Shown: positions 10,720-25,100 of the stretch, piece after piece
Position numbering within the stretch: position 1 is the stretch's first letter
How the letters are laid out: the number at the start of each line of letters is the position of its first letter
From: Nemertoderma westbladi
Lineage: Eukaryota; Animalia; Xenacoelomorpha
Assembly (NCBI GenBank): GCA_032718475.1
Contig: JAUCBJ010007620.1
Span: 156,714-220,713 of the forward strand
Reading direction: 5' to 3'
Length of the DNA stretch: 64,000 nt
The notes under the pieces: generated by a model
The model's database searches: none
Told to the model about the DNA's origin: nothing
The model's input: only the letters and a program-made list of their open reading frames with translations
Position numbers and translations under genes: made by a program

Positions 10720-13700
10720 CATGCGACTATTGTAAAGATGGAAAAAGTAAGTGAAATCCATTGTCAGACAACATGCGACAATTGTAAAGATGGAAAGAGT
10801 AAGTGAAAACCATTGTCAGACAACATGCGACAATTGTAAAGATTGAAAAAGTAAGTGAAATCCATTGTCAGACAACATGCGACTATTTTAAAGATGGAAA
10901 AAGTAAGTGAAATCCATTGTCAGACAACATGCGACTATTTTAAAGATGGAAAAGTAAGTGAAATCCATTGTCAGACAACATGCGACTATTTTAAAGATGG
11001 AAAAAGTAAGTGAAATCCATTGTCAGACAACATGCGACTATTTTAAAGATGTAAAAAGTAAGTGAAATCCATTGTCAGACATCATGCGTCTATTGTAAAG
11101 ATTGAAAAAGTAAGTGAAATCCATTGTCAGACAACATGCGACTATTGTAGAGATGGAAAAAGTAAGTGAAATCCATTGTCAGACAACATGCGACTATTTT
11201 AAAGATGGAAAAAGTAAGTGAAATCCATTGTCAGACAACATGCGACTATTTTAAAGATGTAAAAAGTAAGTGAAATCCATTGTCAGACATCATGCGTCTA
11301 TTGTAAAGATTGAAAAAGTAAGTGAAATCCATTGTCAGACAACATGCGACTATTGTAGAGATGGAAAAAGTAAGTGAAATCCATTGTCAGACATCATGCG
11401 TCTATTGTAAAGATGGAAAAAGTAAGTGAAATCCATTGTCAGACAACATGCGACTATTGTAGAGTTGGAAAAAGTAAGTGAAATCCATTGTCAGACAACA
11501 TGCGACTATTTTAAAGATGTAAAAAGTAAGTGAAATCCATTGTCAGACATCATGCGTCTATTGTAAAGATTGAAAAAGTAAGTGAAATCCATTGTCAGAC
11601 AACATGCGACTATTGTAGAGTTGGAAAAAGTAAGTGAAATCCATTGTCAGACATCATGCGACTATTTTAAAGATGGAAAAAGTAAGTGAAATCCATTGTC
11701 AGACAACATGCGACTATTGTAAAGATGTTAAAAGTAAGTGAAAACCATTGTCAGACAACATGCGACTATTGTAAAGATTGAAAAAGTAAGTGAAATCCAT
11801 TGTCAGACAACATGCGACTATTTTAAAGATGGAAAAAGTAAGTGAAATCCATTGTCAGACAACATTCGACTATTGTAAAGATGTTAAAAGTAAGTGAAAA
11901 CCATTGTCAGACAACATGCGACTATTGTAAAGATGTAAAAAGTAAGTGAAATCCATTGTCAGACAACATGCGACTATTGTAAAGATTGAAAAAGTAAGTG
12001 AAATCCATTGTCATACAACATGCGACTATTGCAATAATGGAAAAGATAAGTGAAATCCATTGTCAGACAACTTGCGACTATTGTAAAGATGGAAAAAGTA
12101 AGTGAAATCCATTGTCAGACAACACGCGACTATTGTAAAGATGGAAAAAGTAAGTGAAATCCATTGTCAGACAACATGCGACAATTGTAAAGATGGAAAA
12201 AGTAAGTGAAAACCATTGTCAGACAACATGCGACAATTGTAAATATTGAAAAAGTAAGTGAAATCCATTGTCAGACAACATGCGACTATTTTAAAGATGG
12301 AAAAAGTAAGTGAAATCCATTGTCAGACAACATGCGACTATTGTAAAGATGGAAAAAAAGTAAGTGAAATCCATTGTCAGACAACACGCGACTATTGTAA
12401 AGATGGAAAAAGTAAGTGAAATCCATTGTCAGACAACATGCGACAATTGTAAAGATGGAAAAAGTAAGTGAAAACCATTGTCAGACAACATGCGACAATT
12501 GTAAAGATTGAAAAAGTAAGTGAAATCCATTGTCAGACAACATGCGACTATTTTAAAGATGGAAAAAGTAAGTGAAATCCATTGTCAGACAACATGCGAC
12601 TATTGTAAAGATGGAAAAAGTAAGTGAAATCCATTGTCAGACAACATGCGACTATTGTAAAGATGGAAAAAGTAAGTGAAATCCATTGTCAGACAACATG
12701 CGACCATTGTAAAGATGGTAAAAGTAAGTGAAATCCATTGTCAGACAACATGCGACTATTGTAAAGATGGAAAACGTAAGTGAAATCCATTGTCAGACAA
12801 CATGCGACTATTTTAAAGATGGAAAAAGTAAGTGAAATCCATTGTCAGACAACATGCGACTATAGTAAAGATGGAAAAAGTCAGTGAAATCCATTGTCAG
12901 ACAACATGCGACTATAGTAAAGATGGAAAAAGGAAAAAGTAAGTGAAATCCATTGTCAGAGAACATGCGACTATTGTAAAGATTGAAAAAGTAAGTGAAA
13001 TCCATTGTTAGACAACATGCGACTATTGTAAAGATGGAAAAAGTAAGTGAAATCCATTGTCAGACAACATGCGACTAGTGTAAAGATTGAAAAAGTAAGT
13101 GAAAACCATTATCAGACAACATGCGACTATAGTAAAGATGGAAAAAGGAAAAAGTAAGTGAAATCCATTGTCAGAGAACATGCGACTATTGTAAAGATGG
13201 AAAAAGTAAGTGAAATCCATTGTCAAACAACATGCGACTAGAAAAAGTAAGTGAAATCCATTGTCAGACAACATGCGACTATTGTAAAGATGGAAAAAGT
13301 TAGTGAAATCCATTGTCAGACAACATGTGACTATTGTAAAGATGGAAAAGGTAAGTGAAATCCATTGTCAGACAACATGCGACTAGTGTAAATATTGAAA
13401 AAGTAAGTGAAAACCATTGTCAGACAACATGCGACTATTGTAAAGATGGAAAAAGTAAGTGAAATCCATTGTCAGACAACATGCGACAATTGTAAAGATG
13501 GAAAGAGTAAGTGAAAACCATTGTCAGACAACATGCGACAATTGTAAAGATTGAAAAAGTAAGTGAAATCCATTGTCAGACAACATGCGACTATTTTAAA
13601 GATGGAAAAAGTAAGTGAAATCCATTGTCAGACAACATGCGACTATTTTAAAGATGGAAAAGTAAGTGAAATCCATTGTCAGACAACATGCGACTATTTT

Positions 13701-16150
13701 AAAGATGGAAAAAGTAAGTGAAATCCATTGTCAGACAACATGCGACTATTTTAAAGATGTAAAAAGTAAGTGAAATCCATTGTCAGACATCATGCGTCTA
13801 TTGTAAAGATTGAAAAAGTAAGTGAAATCCATTGTCAGACAACATGCGACTATTGTAGAGATGGAAAAAGTAAGTGAAATCCATTGTCAGACAACATGCG
13901 ACTATTTTAAAGATGGAAAAAGTAAGTGAAATCCATTGTCAGACAACATGCGACTATTTTAAAGATGTAAAAAGTAAGTGAAATCCATTGTCAGACATCA
14001 TGCGTCTATTGTAAAGATTGAAAAAGTAAGTGAAATCCATTGTCAGACAACATGCGACTATTGTAGAGATGGAAAAAGTAAGTGAAATCCATTGTCAGAC
14101 ATCATGCGTCTATTGTAAAGATGGAAAAAGTAAGTGAAATCCATTGTCAGACAACATGCGACTATTGTAGAGTTGGAAAAAGTAAGTGAAATCCATTGTC
14201 AGACAACATGCGACTATTTTAAAGATGTAAAAAGTAAGTGAAATCCATTGTCAGACATCATGCGTCTATTGTAAAGATTGAAAAAGTAAGTGAAATCCAT
14301 TGTCAGACAACATGCGACTATTGTAGAGTTGGAAAAAGTAAGTGAAATCCATTGTCAGACAACATGCGACTATTTTAAAGATGGAAAAAGTAAGTGAAAT
14401 CCATTGTCAGACAACATGCGACTATTGTAAAGATGTTAAAAGTAAGTGAAAACCATTGTCAGACAACATGCGACTATTGTAAAGATTGAAAAAGTAAGTG
14501 AAATCCATTGTCAGACAACATGCGACTATTTTAAAGATGGAAAAAGTAAGTGAAATCCATTGTCAGACAACATTCGACTATTGTAAAGATGTTAAAAGTA
14601 AGTGAAAACCATTGTCAGACAACATGCGACTATTGTAAAGATTGAAAAAGTAAGTGAAATCCATTGTCAGACAACATGCGACTATTGTAAAGATTGAAAA
14701 AGTAAGTGAAATCCATTGTCATACAACATGCGACTATTGCAATAATGGAAAAGATAAGTGAAATCCATTGTCAGACAACTTGCGACTATTGTAAAGATGG
14801 AAAAAGTAAGTGAAATCCATTGTCAGACAACACGCGACTATTGTAAAGATGGAAAAAGTAAGTGAAATCCATTGTCAGACAACATGCGACAATTGTAAAG
14901 ATGGAAAAAGTAAGTGAAAACCATTGTCAGACAACATGCGACAATTGTAAATATTGAAAAAGTAAGTGAAATCCATTGTCAGACAACATGCGACTATTTT
15001 AAAGATGGAAAAAGTAAGTGAAATCCATTGTCAGACAACATGCGACTATTGTAAAGATGGAAAAAAAGTAAGTGAAATCCATTGTCAGACAACACGCGAC
15101 TATTGTAAAGATGGAAAAAGTAAGTGAAATCCATTGTCAGACAACATGCGACAATTGTAAAGATGGAAAAAGTAAGTGAAAACCATTGTCAGACAACATG
15201 CGACAATTGTAAAGATTGAAAAAGTAAGTGAAATCCATTGTCAGACAACATGCGACTATTTTAAAGATGGAAAAAGTAAGTGAAATCCATTGTCAGACAA
15301 CATGCGACTATTGTAAAGATGGAAAAAGTAAGTGAAATCCATTGTCAGACAACATGCGACTATTGTAAAGATGGAAAAAGTAAGTGAAATCCATTGTCAG
15401 ACAACATGCGACCATTGTAAAGATGGTAAAAGTAAGTGAAATCCATTGTCAGACAACATGCGACTATTGTAAAGATGGAAAACGTAAGTGAAATCCATTG
15501 TCAGACAACATGCGACTATTTTAAAGATGGAAAAAGTAAGTGAAATCCATTGTCAGACAACATGCGACTATAGTATAGATGGAAAAAGTCAGTGAAATCC
15601 ATTGTCAGACAACATGCGACTATAGTAAAGATGGAAAAAGGAAAAAGTAAGTGAAATCCATTGTCAGAGAACATGCGACTATTGTAAAGATTGAAAAAGT
15701 AAGTGAAATCCATTGTTAGACAACATGCGACTATTGTAAAGATGGAAAAAGTAAGTGAAATCCATTGTCAGACAACATGCGACTAGTGTAAAGATTGAAA
15801 AAGTAAGTGAAAACCATTATCAGACAACATGCGACTATAGTAAAGATGGAAAAAGGAAAAAGTAAGTGAAATCCATTGTCAGAGAACATGCGACTATTGT
15901 AAAGATGGAAAAAGTAAGTGAAATCCATTGTCAAACAACATGCGACTAGAAAAAGTAAGTGAAATCCATTGTCAGACAACATGCGACTATTGTAAAGATG
16001 GAAAAAGTTAGTGAAATCCATTGTCAGACAACATGTGACTATTGTAAAGATGGAAAAGGTAAGTGAAATCCATTGTCAGACAACATGCGACTAGTGTAAA
16101 GATTGAAAAAGTAAGTGAAAACCATTGTCAGACAACATGCGACTATTGTA
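10720..16150 (+). repeat. Tandem block duplication within satellite, period 2,708 bp (52 monomers + 4 nt)
   Basis: Marker GAAAGAGT at 10793 and 13501; identical spurious ORFs at 12808/15516 and 13023/15731 (offset 2708). The shared indels (-1, +2, +7, +7, -11) sum to +4. Boundaries are approximate. Confidence 0.9.
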
Positions 16151-19100
16151 AAGATGGAAAAAGTAAGTGAAATCCATTGTCAGACAACATGCGACTATTG
16201 TAAAGATGGAAAAAGTAAGTGAAATCCATTGTCAGACAACATGCGACTAGTATAAAGATTGAAAAAGTAAGTGAAAACCATTGTCAGACAACATGCGACT
16301 ATTGTAAAGATGGAAAAAGTAAGTGAAAACCATTGTCAGACAACATGCGACTATAGTAAAGATTGAAAACGTAAGTGAAATCCATTGTCAAAAACATGCG
16401 ACCAATGTAATAATGGAAAAAGTAAGTGAAATCCATTGTCAGACAACGTGCGTCTATTGTAAAGATGGAAAAAGTAAGTGAAATCCATTGTCAGACAATA
16501 TGCGACCAATGTAATAATGGAAAAAGTAAGTGAAATCCATTGTCAGACAACGTGCGTCTATTGTAAAGATGGAAACAGTAAGTGAAATCCATTGTCAGAC
16601 AACATGCGACCATTGTAAAGATTGAAAAGTAAGTGAAATCCATTGTCAGACAACATGCGACCAATGTAATAATGGAAAAAGTAAGTGAAATCCATTGTCA
16701 GACGACGTGCGTCTATTGTAAAGATGGAAAACGTAAGTGAAATCCATTGTCAGACAACATGCGACCAATGTAATAATGGAAAAAGTAAGTGAAATCCATT
16801 GTCAGACAACGTGCGTCTATTGTAAAGATGGAAAAAGTAAGTGAAATCCATTGTCAGACAACATGCGACCAATGTAATAATGGAAAAAGTAAGTGAAATC
16901 CATTGTCAGAGAACATGCGACTATTGTAAAGATGGAAAAAGTAAGTGAAAACCATTGTCAGACAACATGCGACTATTGTAGAGATGGAAAAAGTAAGTGA
17001 AATCCATTGTCAGAGAACATGCGACTATTGTACAGATGGAAAAAGTAAGTGAAAACCATTGTCAGACAACATGCGACTATTGTAAAGATTGAAAAAGTAA
17101 GTGAAATCCATTGTCAGACAACAAGCGACCATTGTAAAGATGGAAAAAGTAAGTAAAATCCATTGTCAGACAACATGCGACTATTGTAAAGATGGAAAAA
17201 GTAAGTGAAAACCATTGTCAGACAACATGCGACTATTTTAAAGATGGAAAAAGTAAGTGAAAACCATTGTCAGACAACATGCGACTATTTTAAAGATGGA
17301 AAAAGTAAGTGAAATCCATTGTCAGACAACATGCGACTATTGTAAAGATGGAAAAAGTAAGTGAAAACCATTGTCAGACAACATGCGACTATTGTAAAGA
17401 TTGAAAAAGTAAGTGAAATCCATTGTCAGACAACATGCGACTATTGTAAAGATTGAAAAAGTAAGTGAAATCCATTGTCAGACAACATGCGACTATTGTA
17501 AAGATGGAAAAAGTAAGTGAAATCCATTGTCAGACAACATGCGACTATTGTAAAGATGGAAAAAGTAAGTGAAATCCATTGTCAGACAACATGCGACTAG
17601 TATAAAGATTGAAAAAGTAAGTGAAAACCATTGTCAGACAACATGCGACTATTGTAAAGATGGAAAAAGTAAGTGAAAACCATTGTCAGACAACATGCGA
17701 CTATAGTAAAGATTGAAAACGTAAGTGAAATCCATTGTCAAAAACATGCGACCAATGTAATAATGGAAAAAGTAAGTGAAATCCATTGTCAGACAACGTG
17801 CGTCTATTGTAAAGATGGAAAAAGTAAGTGAAATCCATTGTCAGACAATATGCGACCAATGTAATAATGGAAAAAGTAAGTGAAATCCATTGTCAGACAA
17901 CGTGCGTCTATTGTAAAGATGGAAACAGTAAGTGAAATCCATTGTCAGACAACATGCGACCATTGTAAAGATTGAAAAAGTAAGTGAAATCCATTGTCAG
18001 ACAACATGCGACCAATGTAATAATGGAAAAAGTAAGTGAAATCCATTGTCAGACGACGTGCGTCTATTGTAAAGATGGAAAACGTAAGTGAAATCCATTG
18101 TCAGACAACATGCGACCAATGTAATAAGGGAAAAAGTAAGTGAAATCCATTGTCAGACAACGTGCGTCTATTGTAAAGATGGAAAAAGTAAGTGAAATCC
18201 ATTGTCAGACAACATGCGACCAATGTAATAATGGAAAAAGTAAGTGAAATCCATTGTCAGAGAACATGCGACTATTGTAAAGATGGAAAAAGTAAGTGAA
18301 AACCATTGTCAGACAACATGCGACTATTGTAGAGATGGAAAAAGTAAGTGAAATCCATTGTCAGAGAACATGCGACTATTGTAAAGATGGAAAAAGTAAG
18401 TGAAAACCATTGTCAGACAACATGCGACTATTGTAAAGATTGAAAAAGTAAGTGAAATCCATTGTCAGACAACAAGCGACCATTGTAAAGATGGAAAAAG
18501 TAAGTAAAATCCATTGCCAGACAACATACGACTATTGTAAAGATGGAAAAAGTAAGTGAAAACCATTGTCAGACAACATGCGACTATTTTAAAGATGGAA
18601 AAAGTAAGTGAAAACCATTGTCAGACAACATGCGACTATTTTAAAGATGGAAAAAGTAAGTGAAATCCATTGTCAGACAGCATGCGACTATTGTAAAGAT
18701 GGAATAAGTAAGTGAAAACCATTGTCAGACAACATGCGACTATTGTAAAGATTGAAAAAGTAAGTGAAATCCATTGTCAGACAACATGCGACTATTGTAA
18801 AGATTGAAAAAGTAAGTGAAATCCATTGTCAGACAACATGCGACTATTGTAAAGATGGAAAAAGTAAGTGAAATCCATTGTCAGACAATATGCGACTATT
18901 GTAAATATGGAAAAAGTAAGTGAAATCCATTGTCAGACAACATGCGACTATTGTAAAGATGGAAAAAGTAAGTGAAATCCATTGTCAGACAATATGCGAC
19001 TATTGTAAATATGGAAAAAGTAAGTGAAATCCATTGTCAGACAACATGCGACTATTTTAAAGATGGAAAAAGTAAGTGAAATCCATTGTCAGACAACATG

Positions 19101-22100
19101 CGACTATTTTAAAGATGGAAAAAGTAAGTGAAAACCATTGTCAGACAACATGCGACTATTGTAAAGATTGAAAAAGTAAGTGAAATCCATTGTCAGACAA
19201 TGTGCGACTATTGTAAAGATTGAAAAAGTAAGTGAAATCCATTGTCAGACAACATGCGACTATTTTAAAGATGGAAAAAGTAAGTGAAATCCATTGTCAG
19301 ACAACATGCGACTATTGTAAAGATGGAAAAAGTAAGTGAAAATCATTGTCAGACAACATGCGACTATTTTAAAGATGGAAAAAGTAAGTGAAATCCATTG
19401 TCAGACAACATGCGACTATTGTAAAGATGGAAAAAGTAAGTGAAAACCATTGTCAGACAACATGCGACTATTGTAAAGATTGAAAAAGTAAGTGAAATCC
19501 ATTGTCAGACAACATGCGACTATTGTAAAGATGGAAAAAGTTAGTGAAATCCATTGTCAGACAACATGCGACTATTGTAAAGATGGAAAAAAGTAAGTGA
19601 AATCCATTGTCAGACAACATGCGACTATTGTAAAGATGGAAAAAGTAAGTTAAATCCATTGTCAGACAACATGCGACTATTGTAAAGATGGAAAAAGTAA
19701 GTGAAAACCATTGTCAGACAACATGCGACTATTATAGAGATGGAAAAAGTAAGTGAAATCCATTGTCAGACAACATGCGACTATTGTAAAGATGGAAAAA
19801 GTAAGTGAAATCCATTGTCAGACAACATGCGACCAATGTAATAATGGAAAAAGTAAGTGAAATCCATTGTCAGACAACGTGCGTCTATTGTAAAGATGGA
19901 AAAAGTAAGTGAAATCCATTGTCAGACAACATGCGACCAATGTAATAATGGAAAAAGTAAGTGAAATCCATTGTCAGAGAACATGCGACTATTGTAAAGA
20001 TGGAAAAAGTAAGTGAAAACCATTGTCAGACAACATGCGACTATTGTAGAGATGGAAAAAGTAAGTGAAATCCATTGTCAGAGAACATGCGACTATTGTA
20101 CAGATGGAAAAAGTAAGTGAAAACCATTGTCAGACAACATGCGACTATTGTAAAGATGGAAAAAGTAAGTGAAAACCATTGTCAGACAATGTGCGACTAT
20201 TGTAAAGATTGAAAAAGTAAGTGAAATCCATTGTCAGACAACATGCGACTATTTTAAAGATGGAAAAAGTAAGTGAAATCCATTGTCAGACAACATGCGA
20301 CTATTGTAAAGATGGAAAAAGTAAGTGAAAATCATTGTCAGACAACATGCGACTATTTTAAAGATGGAAAAAGTAAGTGAAATCCATTGTCAGACAACAT
20401 GCGACTATTGTAAAGATGGAAAAAGTAAGTGAAAACCATTGTCAGACAACATGCGACTATTGTAAAGATTGAAAAAGTAAGTGAAATCCATTGTCAGACA
20501 ACATGCGACTATTGTAAAGATGGAAAAAGTTAGTGAAATCCATTGTCAGACAACATGCGACTATTGTAAAGATGGAAAAAAGTAAGTGAAAACCATTGTC
20601 AGACAACATGCGACTATTGTAGAGATGGAAAAAGTAAGTGAAATCCATTGTCAGAGAACATGCGACTATTGTACAGATGGAAAAAGTAAGTGAAAACCAT
20701 TGTCAGACAACATGCGACTATTGTAAAGATTGAAAAAGTAAGTGAAATCCATTGTCAGACAACAAGCGACCATTGTAAAGATGGAAAAAGTAAGTAAAAT
20801 CCATTGTCAGACAACATGCGACTATTGTAAAGATGGAAAAAGTAAGTGAAAACCATTGTCAGACAACATGCGACTATTTTAAAGATGGAAAAAGTAAGTG
20901 AAAACCATTGTCAGACAACATGCGACTATTTTAAAGATGGAAAAAGTAAGTGAAATCCATTGTCAGACAACATGCGACTATTGTAAAGATGGAAAAAGTA
21001 AGTGAAAACCATTGTCAGACAACATGCGACTATTGTAAAGATTGAAAAAGTAAGTGAAATCCATTGTCAGACAACATGCGACTATTGTAAAGATTGAAAA
21101 AGTAAGTGAAATCCATTGTCAGACAACATGCGACTATTGTAAAGATGGAAAAAGTAAGTGAAATCCATTGTCAGACAACATGCGACTATTGTAAAGATGG
21201 AAAAAGTAAGTGAAATCCATTGTCAGACAACATGCGACTAGTATAAAGATTGAAAAAGTAAGTGAAAACCATTGTCAGACAACATGCGACTATTGTAAAG
21301 ATGGAAAAAGTAAGTGAAAACCATTGTCAGACAACATGCGACTATAGTAAAGATTGAAAACGTAAGTGAAATCCATTGTCAAAAACATGCGACCAATGTA
21401 ATAATGGAAAAAGTAAGTGAAATCCATTGTCAGACAACGTGCGTCTATTGTAAAGATGGAAAAAGTAAGTGAAATCCATTGTCAGACAATATGCGACCAA
21501 TGTAATAATGGAAAAAGTAAGTGAAATCCATTGTCAGACAACGTGCGTCTATTGTAAAGATGGAAACAGTAAGTGAAATCCATTGTCAGACAACATGCGA
21601 CCATTGTAAAGATTGAAAAAGTAAGTGAAATCCATTGTCAGACAACATGCGACCAATGTAATAATGGAAAAAGTAAGTGAAATCCATTGTCAGACGACGT
21701 GCGTCTATTGTAAAGATGGAAAACGTAAGTGAAATCCATTGTCAGACAACATGCGACCAATGTAATAAGGGAAAAAGTAAGTGAAATCCATTGTCAGACA
21801 ACGTGCGTCTATTGTAAAGATGGAAAAAGTAAGTGAAATCCATTGTCAGACAACATGCGACCAATGTAATAATGGAAAAAGTAAGTGAAATCCATTGTCA
21901 GAGAACATGCGACTATTGTAAAGATGGAAAAAGTAAGTGAAAACCATTGTCAGACAACATGCGACTATTGTAGAGATGGAAAAAGTAAGTGAAATCCATT
22001 GTCAGAGAACATGCGACTATTGTAAAGATGGAAAAAGTAAGTGAAAACCATTGTCAGACAACATGCGACTATTGTAAAGATTGAAAAAGTAAGTGAAATC

Positions 22101-25100
22101 CATTGTCAGACAACAAGCGACCATTGTAAAGATGGAAAAAGTAAGTAAAATCCATTGCCAGACAACATACGACTATTGTAAAGATGGAAAAAGTAAGTGA
22201 AAACCATTGTCAGACAACATGCGACTATTTTAAAGATGGAAAAAGTAAGTGAAAACCATTGTCAGACAACATGCGACTATTTTAAAGATGGAAAAAGTAA
22301 GTGAAATCCATTGTCAGACAGCATGCGACTATTGTAAAGATGGAATAAGTAAGTGAAAACCATTGTCAGACAACATGCGACTATTGTAAAGATTGAAAAA
22401 GTAAGTGAAATCCATTGTCAGACAACATGCGACTATTGTAAAGATTGAAAAAGTAAGTGAAATCCATTGTCAGACAACATGCGACTATTGTAAAGATGGA
22501 AAAAGTAAGTGAAATCCATTGTCAGACAATATGCGACTATTGTAAATATGGAAAAAGTAAGTGAAATCCATTGTCAGACAACATGCGACTATTGTAAAGA
22601 TGGAAAAAGTAAGTGAAATCCATTGTCAGACAATATGCGACTATTGTAAATATGGAAAAAGTAAGTGAAATCCATTGTCAGACAACATGCGACTATTTTA
22701 AAGATTGAAAAAGTAAGTGAAATCCATTGTCAGACAACATGCGACTATTTTAAAGATGGAAAAAGTAAGTGAAAACCATTGTCAGACAACATGCGACTAT
22801 TGTAAAGATTGAAAAAGTAAGTGAAATCCATTGTCAGACAATATGCGACTATTGTAAAGATTGAAAAAGTAAGTGAAATCCATTGTCAGACAACATGCGA
22901 CTATTTTAAAGATGGAAAAAGTAAGTGAAATCCATTGTCAGACAACATGCAACTATTGTAAAGATGGAAAAAGTAAGTGAAAATCATTGTCAGACAACAT
23001 GCGACTATTTTAAAGATGGAAAAAGTAAGTGAAATCCATTGTCAGACAACATGCGACTATTGTAAAGATGGAAAAAGTTAGTGAAATCCATTGTCAGACA
23101 ACATGCGACTATAGTAAAGATGGAAAAAAGTAAGTGAAATCCATTGTCAGACAACATGCGACTATTGTAAAGATGGAAAAAGTAAGTTAAATCCATTGTC
23201 AGACAACATGCGACTATTGTAAAGATGGAAAAAGTAAGTGAAAACCATTGTCAGACAACATGCGACTATTATAGAGATGGAAAAAGTAAGTGAAATCCAT
23301 TGTCAGACAACATGCGACTATTGTAAAGATGGAAAAAGTAAGTGAAATCCATTGTCAGACAACATGCGACTATTGCAATAATGGAAAAGGTAAGTGAAAT
23401 CCATTGTCAGACAACATGCGACTATTGTAAAGATGGAAAAAGTAAGTGAAATCCATTGTCAGACAACATGCGACTGTTGTAAAGATGGAAAAAGTAAGTG
23501 AAAACCATTGTCAGACAACATGCGACTATTATAGAGATGGAAAAAGTAAGTGAAATCCATTGTCAGACAACATGCGACTATTGTAAAGATTGAAAAAGTA
23601 AGTGAAAACCATTGTCAGACAACATGCGACTATTATAGAGATGGAAAAAGTAAGTGAAATCCATTGTCAGACAACATGCGACTATTGTAAAGATTGAAAA
23701 AGTAAGTGAAATCCATTGTCAGACAACATGCGACTATTGTAAAGATGGAAAAAGTAATTGAAATCCATTTCAGACAACATGCGACTATTGTAAAGATGGA
23801 AAAATTAAGTGAAATCCATTGTCAGACAACATGCGACTATTGCAATAATGGAAAAGGTAAGTGAAATCCATTGTCAGACAACATGCGACTATTGCAATAA
23901 TGGAAAAAGTAAGTGAAATCCATTGTCAGACAACATGCGACTATTGTAAAGATGGAAAAAGTAATTGAAATCCATTTCAGACAACATGCGACTATTGTAA
24001 AGATGGAAAAATTAAGTGAAATCCATTGTCAGACAACATGCGACTATTGCAATAATGGAAAAGGTAAGTGAAATCCATTGTCAGACAACATGCGACTATT
24101 GCAATAATGGAAAAGGTAAGTGAAATCCATTGTCAGACAACATGCGACTATTGTAAAGATGGAAAAAGTAAGTGAAATCCATTTCAGACAACATGCGACT
24201 ATTGTAAAGATGGAAAATTAAGTGAAATCCATTGTCAGACAACATGCGACTATTGCAATAATGGAAAAGGTAAGTGAAATCCATTGTCAGACAACATGCG
24301 ACTATTGCAATAATGGAAAAGGTAAGTGAAATCCATTGTCAGACAACATGCGACTATTATAGAGATGGAAAAAGTAAGTGAAATCCATTGTCAGACAACA
24401 TGCGACTATTGTAAAGATTGAAAAAGTAAGTGAAATCCATTGTCAGACAACATGCGACTATTGTAAAGATGGAAAAAGTAATTGAAATCCATTTCAGACA
24501 CATGCGACTATTGTAAAGATGGAAAAATTAAGTGAAATCCATTGTCAGACAACATGCGACTATTGCAATAATGGAAAAAGTAAGTGAAATCCATTGTCAG
24601 ACAACATGCGACTATTGTAAATATGGAAAAAGTAAGTGAAATCCATTGTCAGACAACATGCGACTATTGTAAAGATGGAAAAAGTAAGTGAAATCCATTG
24701 TCAGACAACATGCGACTATTGTAAAGATGGAAAAAGTAAGTGAAATCCATTGTCAGACAACATGCGACCAATGTAATAATGGAAAAAGTAAGTGAAATCC
24801 ATTGTCAGACAACGTGCGTCTATTGTAAAGATGGAAAAAGTAAGTGAAATCCATTGTCAGACAACATGCGACCAATGTAATAATGGAAAAAGTAAGTGAA
24901 ATCCATTGTCAGAGAACATGCGACTATTGTAAAGATGGAAAAAGTAAGTGAAAACCATTGTCAGACAACATGCGACTATTGTAGAGATGGAAAAAGTAAG
25001 TGAAATCCATTGTCAGAGAACATGCGACTATTGTACAGATGGAAAAAGTAAGTGAAATCCATTGTCAGACAACATGCGACTATTGTAAAGATTGAAAAAG